This document shows, in pieces, positions 13,241 through 25,917 of a stretch of 64,000 nucleotides of DNA. The notes beneath the pieces are model-generated. The model saw only the letters and a list, made by a program, of their open reading frames with translations. It searched no databases and was not told the DNA's origin. Every line of letters begins with the position of its first letter. Positions within the stretch are counted from its first letter, which is position 1. Both the position numbers and the translations under genes were made by a program. Location: NCBI RefSeq assembly GCF_009914755.1, contig NC_060936.1. One strand, 5' to 3'. The DNA comes from the human T2T-CHM13v2.0 reference genome, Homo sapiens.

Positions 13241-15558
13241 TATAAGGAGAGACACTCCTCTATGGGTCTCGCCTGCTGCTGCAGGTCATGCCAGGTAGGC
13301 CAAGAATGCAATGACCTGACCACTCTTTACCCAGGCCGTTTCTCAGGGTTATGTTTGCAGTAATCAAACTTGGAGGGATAAGATAATGTCTCCCTCCAAA
13401 ACAAAGAGTAGATGCTTGCTATAAAAGCATCAGATTCTCCAAGCTTGGCTATTCATCTGCCATGTGATCCCACCGTGTGTATAGCCTGTAATGCTTACCA
13501 TTCCTTAGCATACCATGTTTCTCTTTCCCTGACAGCAACTCTGGGCCATTCTGTTCAGTCCATTCCTTGGGTGCAGCCCAATCAAAAGTGGGCCTAGGGG
13601 ATTCAAGTTTTAATTCTGCTAGGATTATCTCTTGGGTTTAACAAGGTCATAGATCATAAGAACGATGACCACCTGGTTTAGTACACTGTTCACTGAGCTC
13701 CCCTACATGGCCCACATGGGTCAAAATGGGGAGCATAATGGGTCTCTGTAAGTTTTGTGAAAATGCATTGTCTCATGTGTACCTCTTCCTTCCAGACAAA
13801 AAACCTAAGTCTGGGTCAGAGGTGATTAGGGAAAAGGAAAGCTCTAACTGTTGGAGTGGACACATCAGTTTTGTGGCTGTGAAAGAAGAACAGCTCCCAC
13901 ACTTGGAGAGGGAATGGCCCAGACATAGAGAGAGAACACCTCAGACCAGGAAAGGTGCTAGGTGTGAGGTAGGAACAATTAATGCTCTCTTTGTCCCAGT
14001 ACCACAGCCTTGCAAGTAATCACATGGTCTGCTTGAGGCAAAAAGCTAAAGCCGGCAATATGACACGCTGCTGGTTCATCATCCCCATCTCTATGCTATA
14101 AAATCAGAGAAGCTCATGAGGACCTGGCTGGCCCCAAACTGTTCATTCTGCCATCAAGACAAGCTTCAGGCCGGGTGTAATGGCTCATACCTGTAATCCC
14201 AGTGGCTTGGGAAGACAAGGTGGGAGAATTGCTTGAGCCCAAGAGATCAACACCAGCCTGGGCAATATAGGGAGACCCTGTCTCTACAAAACAACAACAA
14301 AAAAAGTTTTAATTAGGAGGATGTAGAGTCACATGCTTACAGTCTTAGCTACTGCAGGCCTTAGCTGAGGTGGCAGGATCCCTTGAGCCCAGGAGTTCGA
14401 GGCTGCAGTGAGCTATGACCATATCGCTGCACTCCAGCCTGGACAACAGAGTGAGACACTGCCTCTAAAAACAAAAGAAAAGAAAGAGAGAAGCTTCAAA
14501 CATAGACTCCTCTTGAATATGTACAAACACACAGATTGACACAACCTTGTTTCATTCTGGCTGATAAAAACTCATCTGCTTCTCCTGGTGCCCTAGCATC
14601 CTTAGGTTATGCCATGTGTAACATCAAGGCTGCAACTAGTTGGTAACACTACTCAGGTGGCTTAAATGAAACAAGGTATTGGTGATCCAAATCAAATTTC
14701 ACAACACATCCCTGACTGCTGTGACCTGTGTTTTTATGCAAGGGAAAGTGAGCCATGAATGTCTCTCCATTACAAATGAGGATTGTTTTATTGGTAATTC
14801 CCTGTAGTTATGGACAACAATACCAAAGATCATTTAAACTTCTGTGAGTAGTAATGGATAATTGACTGAATTTATACTACATCCTGGCTGTCTAACATAA
14901 GACATACTGGTCCCCCTAAGATTTACTCAGAGATGGTTGAAACTGGGACCCTCTGAGGCTTGGATGAGGTCTATAGAGACTTCTGGTTGGCCTCATACTA
15001 CTGCTTAAAGTTTGGTTAATAGAACCCTTTAATAAGTGCTATACAAAACAAATTGAACAGATTTGTTCCCAACCTCTGTAGGTCAAGTTCATCAGAGTGA
15101 CCAACAAAGTGGTATACTCATAAAAATTCACTGGAAGCTAATCCTGCACAGGATTGAGGGATGAATTGTTTTAAGAAATAGTCCTCCTATAGGCTTTTGC
15201 ATCCCTGCTCACCTTGTTGGGCCTGCCAAAAATGCAATGCCCCAATTGCTCTTTACCCAGACCATTACTCAGATTGTTTGCAGGCAGCAACCTAGAGGGT
15301 AAGTAATGTCTCCCTCCCAGGCAAAAAGCAGACTTGCTTACTGCTTTCCATTCAAATGGTGGATTCTCCAAGCTCAATGTCTCCCCTGAGGAACCAATGC
15401 AAGCATAATGATGCTCATGCTGCTTGCTCTGCCATGGGCGATAGTCCTTTGTCTGACTCAGGAATCTCATATGTTCTGTGGCAACATCCATGAAACCATG
15501 GTAGGCAGATATATCAGCTTGTAACAGGAGGGTAAGATCAAGTCCCAGTCCCTTAAGA
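13241..15558 (+). mobile_element. Degenerate ERVL-class provirus relic: partial LTR40-like 5' LTR (~13241-13490), internal remnant, LTR40-like 3' LTR (15167-15558)
   Basis: The two LTR segments share motifs in direct orientation (AATGCAATG, CTCTTTACCCAG, TAATGTCTCCCTCC, GATTCTCCAAGCT). A purine tract GAGGGATGAAT precedes TG at 15167. The 3' part matches the recalled LTR40 consensus. Confidence 0.7.
14169..14490 (+). mobile_element. AluJ inserted in the proviral internal region
   Basis: J-type GCTTGAGCCCAGGAG motifs. TSD AAGCTTCA at 14161-14168 and 14491-14498. Confidence 0.9.
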
Positions 15559-15789
15559 AATGTCATGCCAGAACACAGTCCTGCATCATCAATTACTAGG
15601 GTTCCCACCCTCCACCCCAAGTACTTCCTTTGTGTTGGTCCCAGGTACTTTGTAAGCCCCAGAAGTTGTAGTTATTTTTTGCTGTTGTTGTCATCTTATA
15701 CAAAAGCCATCTGTGAATGATATTTTTAAGGAGTCCTGGAAGTAATTTTTTTTTTTTTACCCTTTCAGCTGGATTGTCTGGCTTACAAG

Positions 15790-16280
15790 AGAGGTACTAC
15801 TAATTGCCTACCTAATATCTATTTTCCTCTTTTCATTAAGAGAGTCATGATTTTGTTTGGGTCAATAGTGTGTCCAGCTAACATCCTATGCTTCCAGGTC
15901 TCTCCCACAGCTGGAGGTGGCCAAGGGTCACAATTCTTGCCAATGAAAAAGTCTCTAAGTTGGGCTTCTATTAAAGCTCTTCAAAAGGCAAGCAGACTTA
16001 GCACATGCTTTTGCCCTTCCCCTTCTTCTTGCCTGAAACATGGGCATAATGTTAGAAGTTAGAGTAGCAATTTCACGGCTAGGAGTGACAAGTGCACGCT
16101 AAGGATGGCTCAGAAGGAATAAGGAAGTGACCTGGATTCTAGAAGTGATTAGAAAGTTTCCCAAGACCCATTGACTGCCTACCTCTGGACTTCTCATTTT
16201 GGGAGGCAAATAAAACCCTTATTTTTGGGCCAATATTTTGCTGTTTTCTGTTACCTGTAACTGAATGCAGTTATTAAGCT
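15790..16280 (+). mobile_element. MLT1 (MaLR) solo LTR, old subfamily
   Basis: GTCACAATTCTTGCCAATG and terminal AATAAAACCCTT...CTGTTACCTGTAACTGAATGCA. Confidence 0.6.
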
Positions 16281-16929
16281 TTATAGATAGATACATATTT
16301 TTCTTTCAATATAGCATCTTCCTCATCTTCTGAAAATCTCTATTTTTTAGGGGAGTGGGTTTTCCCACTGCTTTAGTTGTATGGTCCTTTTCTTTCATGT
16401 TCTTCCTTGAAGATAGTGATTGGTTGAGGACTGAATATAAGATCTAAACTTGTCTCTTCAATAGTATGGTTCAATAGTATAGTTGCTCACCCCCCAGGGC
16501 AAGTGACTGGGAAAGAAGTGGACTCACAAAACAAACTGGCCAATCAGAGTCTTTACTGGTTTTTGTTTGTTTGCTTTTATCTGTAGCTAGGAGAAATAGC
16601 TTTTTCTTCCCTCAGGCCCCAAGCTGTGAGGATGTAAGCCCAGGAGCTGCTGTCAGCCATGAATCCAAGTTTATGGAGGCAACCAACCTAAAAGAATGAG
16701 TCAAACACACAGAAAGAGAGGGAGAAAAGTTCTGAGGGCATTTGAGCCCATTATTCCAGCTCAAGAGGTCATCTGAGCTGCCTTTCTATTGTTCCTTTTT
16801 TGGTTCTTCCCTTAATTTTGATCCACTCTAGTATCTTTCCAATAGATTTCATGAATTTTATTTGACTCCAGTTAGCTTAAGTTCAGTTTTTGCCATATGC
16901 TAAAGAATAGTAACTGATATAAAGGGGAA

Positions 16930-17420
16930 ATGAAAAATGATATAAGAACACATAGAGAGAGTACCTAACTCAGACTTGGTGAGAGCAAGGAAGTTTTCTG
17001 GAAGAAATTCCATCCATGCTGTGAGATGAAGGATGAACAGGTGTGAGCCAAAGGAAGCAGAGAAAAGGTGAAAGGAAGGAGCACAACTCCGAAACCATGG
17101 ACCCAAGTACCAGATGTGAACATCGTCTGCTCATTGGTGGAACTGAAAACAGGTTGATTTAGATTACGGAGGCATGAGGAGTGGCAAAGGGACAGGCAGG
17201 AGAGTAAGACTAGAAGATAAGTCCTATAGACATCTTTAAAGAAGTTTCTTTACCCTGCAAGTGTAAGCAGGGAAGGAAGGGATGAGATTTGTAATTTCTG
17301 AGGATCATTCTGGCTGCAATGTGGAGAATTGGTAGAGAGAAAAATTGAAGGTGTGGGACTGTAAAAAGGCTGCTGCAGTGACACACAGAGAAACGCAGAT
17401 GGCCTGGAATATGGTGCTAT
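16930..17420 (-). mobile_element. L2 fragment
   Basis: Antisense L2 motif GATCATTCTGGCTGCAATGTGGAGAAT in purine-rich sequence. Confidence 0.55.
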
Positions 17421-18240
17421 GGCAGTCTCGGTCCTCCAAGAAGCAGATGCTAAGATGGAATTAGATATGCAAGAGATTTGTTGGGAGAAATGCCTGCGAG
17501 GGATGTGAGAACAGGTCTAGGCAGGCTGTGATGCAATGTGATACCTAGGAAAGGAGAGAGGGAAGGAAGCAGGATTGGATGGGAAGGGCTTTAGATGGCA
17601 CTGTGGCTCTGAGAAAGTCTTGTCTGGCTTGGTCAGCATATTATCTGTTCTCACACTGCTACGAGGAACTAACTGAGACTGGATAATTTACAATGGGAAG
17701 AGGTTTAATTGACTCACAGTTCTGCAGGCTGTACAAAAAGCATGGCTGGGAGGCCTCAGGAAACTTATAATCATGGCAGAAGGAAAAAGGGAAGCAAGTA
17801 CATTTTACTATAGCAGAGCAGGAGAAAGAGAGGGCGAAGGAAGAAGTGCTACACACTTTTAAACCATCAGATCTCGTGAGAACTCTCTCACTATCACGAG
17901 AACAGCAAAGGGGAAATCCGTCCCCATGATCCAATCACCTCTCACCAGGTCCCTCCCCCAATATTAGGAATTACAATTCAACATGAGATTTGGGTGGGGA
18001 CACAGAGCCAAACATATCAGTTGGGATTCGAGTATCCTGAATAAAGATTGTTCATAGAAAAGTTCTGTGTTGGGAGTAGAAGGGCTAGCTCTAGTAGCCC
18101 CACCATGCTCAGTTATTGTTTGAAAGCAATCCAGAGAGACCAGAGTCTCGGCAGGAATGCATGGTAGATCAGCAGTTTCTACTGCTGGAGGTGATCAGCC
18201 AACTATACTCTTTAAAGCAGGTTCTCCCATAACTGCCACA
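17420..18240 (-). mobile_element. LTR16-like ERVL LTR, split by a THE1
   Basis: GGTCCTCCAAGAAGCAGATGCTAAGATGGAATTAGATATGCAAGAGATTT is the reverse complement of the LTR16 3' end. Confidence 0.6.
17637..18019 (-). mobile_element. THE1D-like (MaLR) solo LTR
   Basis: GAGGTTTAATTGACTCACAGTTC...GAGGCCTCAGGAAACTTATAATCATGG...GAGATTTGGGTGGGGACACAGAGCCAAACATATCA. Confidence 0.9.
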
Positions 18241-18669
18241 CTTGAGGACACAGAAGGTGAGAAAAACAGACCAAATTAAGAGAAATTTAGCCATTCAGTG
18301 ATCAGAACTTGGTTGAATGAACAAGAGGTTTTTATATGAACAACTGAAATTATTCATAAAGATTTTTGAGCAAGAGTTTTATAGTCCTCTTGGCTAAGTA
18401 ATTACAGCAAGCTCCCTGAAGATCAGCATAAAGATCATTTAATAGACACTACCCTTAAGTTTATTCATACCCATATCTGGAACTGATGTTGCAAGGAGAA
18501 AAATTTTGGAGCACCTACTGTTTGCTGGTTATCATTCTAGGGGCTACGGATTCAGTGATACAAAAAAAGAAAAAAAAAAGAGATCAAGTACATGCTCCAA
18601 GAAATCAGGAATTCTAGAGGAGAAAGACAGATGCAAAGGAAGTCAGTAATAACATCCAGAAAGATCAGA

Positions 18670-18879
18670 CCAGCCTGGGCAACACAGCAAGATCTCATCT
18701 CTGGAAAAAAAAAAATTATAAAAAGGTAGCCAGATGTGGTGGCTACTCCCAAGTTACTTGGGAAGCTGGGGCAAGAAGATCACTTGAGCCCAGGAGATTA
18801 AGGCTGCAGTGAGCTATGATCACGCCACTGCACTCCAGCCTGGGCAACAGAGCGAGACTCTGTCAAAAAAAAAATAAAT
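18670..18879 (+). mobile_element. 5'-truncated AluJ
   Basis: End of left arm plus right arm. TSD AAGATCAGA at 18661-18669 and 18880-18888. Confidence 0.85.
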
Positions 18880-20529
18880 AAGATCAGAGAGTGGTAAGTG
18901 CTATAAAGAAAATAAAAGAAACTACAATGATCATGATCAACTAACTAGGGAGGTGGGGGAATTACTTTGAACCAGGAATTAATTTTATTTAGAAAAGACC
19001 TTCCTTAATGGTGACTAATGTCATTTTTCTGTCCTACTTCAGAATCAGTTCTATGCCTTCTGGAGTACCCTACATTTAGCAATTTCTTTGCACCCCTAGT
19101 ACCAAAAATTAGGAGCAAACTTGATGTCTTCTTTGGAATGACAATCCTAGAAACACGGAATGCAAAATCTTCTGTACATCTCACCAGGAGACATCAGACC
19201 CTTATGTAAAAACCATTCCTAGAAGACTGCTTTGATACCCACAGTTCTAGAAGAGCATGTGCATTTGGCTATTCAGGATCTAGCAACAGCTGCTTGCCCT
19301 TCCCTGCTCACTCATTGTTATAAAGATCAAATGAGGTGATGGCTACAAAAGTACTTCATAACCTTAAAAGGTAATTACATCAAGTGCTATTGGATTATAA
19401 AAACAATTGGTCCAAATTAAAGATGCTATACACTCATAGAAATAACCAAGAGGTTATAGAATTCCATTGTTGGATGTATTAAATAAAAGCCTAGAAAACC
19501 ATCATTCTTGGATAGACTATTAGATTGGAATATACTAGGTAGACAAACCTTTGCTGTCCCACTAACAGCATAAAAGCATTGAACAACAAAACATTTACAT
19601 GTTTATGAAAATTTACCATAATTTCAAGAGAAAGGAAATGATATTATAAAAAGTAAAATAGACTCATGGAATTGAATGTAATAAAAAAATGAAAGAAATT
19701 ATGACACAGAAACTGGATCTCTTCTGTCTTCTACATATAAATGCAAAAAACCTGCCTATTGGAAGTTCATGTAAAGACTTTTTAAGATTCAGTCATCCTT
19801 TAAAGTTGAATTTCTTTAAATGTGCCCGGTTTGCACTGGTGTTCATCATCATTCAACTCCACAGTTTTCAGGAGAGAATGCTCCCCTAAGGCCACTGTCA
19901 GAACTTCCAGCCTTGGCCCCTGCTGTAAATGGAGTTTTAGAAATGAGCTTATGGTTATATAGTTTTGAATCATGCAAAATCTTTTTTGAAGCTGCTCACC
20001 CCATCTTCCTTCTACCACCAATACCCCAATATAATACAATACTAGCAAAATTGAGAATGAGAGGGTTACTTCTTAAGAAAATAAAATTAAAATACACCAG
20101 TTGAAATCTTAAAATACAACATTTCTATCATAATTGAAGACTAAAAAGCTTCTTTTTGTAAATTTCAAAATTTTGCAAAAGACTAGCAAACTAGAATATT
20201 TAGTGCCTTTCTCCAGGGGCCACTTTCATGTTGAATTGATCTGAAGCAATTGTCTATGCTGTATTATGCGCTGGCATGTAGGAGGAGAAAGGAAACTTCA
20301 GAGGAACTAATTCAGTGAACTGTGGCCCTGGCACACAATTAGGATGATGGCACTTTGTCTGACCAAGTTTCAATGTGGTCAAGTCCACAGCTCCCACAGC
20401 TCAGCCTCCAGCTGCAGGTCAAAGTGAAGAAAATTCTAAAACAAACAATCCAGAAGTAAGAAGTGAATTTTTTAAAAGAATTTTTAAGTTTATTTTTTCT
20501 ATTTGGAGAGTGAGATTGACAATAAAAGT

Positions 20530-20725
20530 GTTAATAAGAAATTAACATGTATTGAGAACATTTTTTTTGTGCCAGGTATTTATGGTGCTAAGCTTTTATA
20601 TACATTATCTCATTTAATCTCCATTATAATCCTAAAAGACAAGTACTATTAATACTGTATATTACCAATGAGGAAACTGGGGCACGAAGAGGATAAGTAA
20701 CTTTCCCAAGGTCACACAGCTCATA
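20530..20725 (-). mobile_element. MIR SINE
   Basis: ATGAGGAAACTGGGGCAC...AAGTAACTTTCCCAAGGTCACACAGCT. Confidence 0.85.
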
Positions 20726-22488
20726 TCTGCCTCACAGAAACGCCAGGAAAGATAAAACAACAAATCTCAGTGGTATACATTGATATTCAAGAAAATGGGA
20801 CCAGATACGTGAAGAAAATTTAAATGATTATTGTACATTTTAAAGGATTTTTACATTTGTTATTATAAATAAGCAGAAAATTAGATTATGAATAAATTAT
20901 TAAAAATAACTCAAGATAGGTTTCTGGTTTCAGCTCTAACATATAAAGCTTAGAAGTCATCATTCCAAAATTCAGTGACTTTTCTGGGACCCATCAGAAA
21001 ACAGGTCTCAGGGCAAACCATTACTCTAAAATCTGGAGAGACAGGCACATCCAGAGAAACACAGTCAAGATCTGCTTACCTGAATCAGAAGATTAAGGTA
21101 AGCCAAACATTTGCAGAAACATTTAAATGGTAATTTTGATGACCTGCTGGAGGCTGTGTGTGAATTAGTTTGAGAGTTAGAAATGTTCTATCTTAAACAG
21201 CACCCGCCCAACTTTGGACTAGTATGAGAGTTAGAAATGTTCTATCTTAAACAGCACCCACCCAACTTTGGTGGACCAGGAACCCCACCAGGTTCTCACT
21301 GATGAAGATCCATATTCTCCTAGCTCTGGCAAGGTAGTAGATAGGTAATCACTGTGAAATAGCACACTCAGAGCCTTTTCCATAACAAAAGTCTATTCTA
21401 CCAGAGCCTTATTCCTGTTGGGAGAAGGACATTTCTCCCACTCCAGTCCCCTCTAGCCTTGTGGTCTCACCTATATCACCTAAGAGGGAGAAAACATAGT
21501 AGGGCTTCAAGGAAACAGATGGGGAGTCCTGCAGCCAGGAAAAGGAGTAGGGAGCTAGGGGACAGGGGACGAGAGAGGGAAACTATGCCACAGGAGAAAT
21601 GCTCGTGAAGGTCTCAGCCCCAAGACACAGGCCCACTAAAAAACTGAGATTTCATCAGATTATAGAATGTTCTCCCCTCACCCACACTTTATCACCACCA
21701 TAATAGGGTGTCAGTATAATAACAGTGGATTATAGCTAAAGAATTGCAAGACAGAGATATTTCTCTGGGAAGGAGTATTTAGGGAAGCCCAAAGTCAAGA
21801 GAGACAAAAGCAAGAATGCTAGAAGAATTTGAAGCCTCTGCCACGTATAGCTACATCAAACACAAACCCAGCCTGACTCCTAGCTATATTAATATGAACA
21901 CTCATGGTAAAGCCCTATTTATCTCAGTTCCTAATATCCAGTACAACCTGCCCAGCTCTCAATAAAAAAATTACAAGGCATGCCAAAAGGCAAGACAAAC
22001 TCAGTCCGAAGAGAAAAAGCAATCATTAGAATTAGACTCTGATATTAGAGATTGAAATTATCAGATGGAAATTAAAATAGCCATGATTAATATGCTAAGG
22101 GCTCTAATAGAAAAGAAGACAACATAAAATAACAGATGGGTAATGAAAGAGAAAAGTGGAAACTATAAGAAAGAATCAAAAGGAAATGTTAACAGTTAAA
22201 TGCACTGGAACAGAAATGAAGAATGGCTTTGATGAGTTCATCAGTGATTGGATGTGACTGAACAGAGAAATAGTGAACATAGGTCAATAGAAACTTCCCA
22301 AACTGAAATGCAAAGAGGAAAAAAAAAAGCATGAAAAAACAGAACAGAACATCCAAGAACTGTGAGATCATTTCAAAGATGTAACATATGCATCACTGGA
22401 ATACCAGAAGGAGAAGAAAGTAAGAACAGGCAGAAGAAATAGTTGAAGTAATATTGGCCACAAATTTTCCAAAGTTAATGACAGACAC

Positions 22489-22928
22489 TGTATGGGCTTG
22501 AAGACTGCACCACCTCAATTAATTTCCACTCAGAACCCTAGAATGTGACCTTATTTGAAAACAAGGTCTTTGTGGATTTAATTAATTAAGAGGAAGTCAT
22601 ACTGGATTTGGGTGGGCCCTAAATCCAATGAATGCTGTCCTTATAAGCATTCATACACACAAAGGAAAGATGGCCATGTGAAGATAGAGGCAGAAATTGG
22701 AATGATGCAGCTACCAGCAAGGAATGCCAAGGATGACCAGCAACCAAATGCTGGAAGAGGCAAAAAAGGATTCTTTCCCTAGAGAAGTTTCAGATGGAGC
22801 ATGGGCCTGCTAACAGCTGCATTTCAGACTTTTAGCCTCCAGAACTGTGAAGGAATACATTTCTGTTGTTATCAATGGCTCATTTTGTGGTAAGTAATTT
22901 GTTATGGCAGCCCTAGAAAATTAATACA
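22489..22928 (+). mobile_element. MLT1B/C-like MaLR solo LTR inserted in the L1M
   Basis: TG...AATGTGACCTTATTTG...GGGCCCTAAATCCAATGA...TTTGTTATGGCAGCCCTAGAAAATTAATACA. Confidence 0.85.
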
Positions 22929-23587
22929 GTTACCAAACTACAAATTCAGGAAGCACAGATAACACCATGCTGAATAAAGACTTTTAAAAACCCATATCTA
23001 GGCATACCATATTCAAACTGCAGAAAACCAAAGTCACAGAGATAATCTTTTAGAAGAAGCCAGATGACAGGAAATAAGCCAGAAAAGCAAAGGTAAGAAT
23101 TACAGTGGAGTGAAGTAAAAAATTTAAAGCATTGCAAGAATAAATTCCACCATCCTGGAATTCTATACCCAGCAAACTTTGTCCTTCAAAACTGAAAGAA
23201 GAAAGACTTTCTAAGACAAACAAAAACTGAAGATATTCATTCCTAGCAGATCTGACCTACAAAAAATATTGAAAGAAATTCTTCAAGCAGAAGGAAAATG
23301 AGAGAAGTCAGAAACTTGAGTCTACTATATAAAGAAAGGAAGAGAATTAGAGAAGTAATAAAGGAAAGTAAAATAAAGTTTTTTAATTATCAAGTGGTCT
23401 AAAAAATAATAGTTTGTATAAAGAAATAATAGTATGTTATTAATGTTTTGGGTGATTAGAGCAAATGGTTAAATTAAATGAACGACAACAATGTCACAAG
23501 GGAGAGAAAGGAAGAACTGGGAATACTCTTCTAAGGGAACCTTCACTACATTTGAAGTGCAATAGCATTATTTGAAGGCAGACATAG

Positions 23588-25303
<1,716 letters not shown>

Positions 25304-25917
25304 AAAACTTATATCTTAAAATCTAGGGAAAACCACAATTTTAAAAAAACAGTATGATTTATACATGAAGAGAGAAGATGAAATGAAATCATATAAAATG
25401 CTCAGTTAAACCAGTAAATGCAGGAAAAGAAGGGGCAAAAAAAAAAAAAATTAACAAATTCAATAAAGAGAAAATAGTTACAGATATAGTAGCTATTAAT
25501 CCAATTACAGTTGACCTTTGAACAATGTGGGGGTTAGGGGTGCTGTCCCTGCATGCAGTTGAAAATTTGTGTATGACTTTTGACTACGCAAAAACTTAAC
25601 TACTAATAGCCTACTGTTGACTGGAATTCTTAACAATAACATAAACAGTCTATTAACACATATTTTGTATTAAATATATTATATATTGGATTCTTACAAT
25701 AAGGTAAACTAAAGAAAAGAAAATATTATTAAGAAAATCTTAAGGAAGAAAAGATATATTTACCAATCATTAGATGGAAGTGGATCATCGTAAAGGTCGT
25801 CATCCTCATCATCTTCATGTTGAGTAGGCCAAGGAGGAGGAGGAAAATAAGGTATCAGTCTTGCTGTCTCAGGAGTGGCAGAAGTGGAAGAAAATTTGTG
25901 TGTAAGAGAAGCCACGC

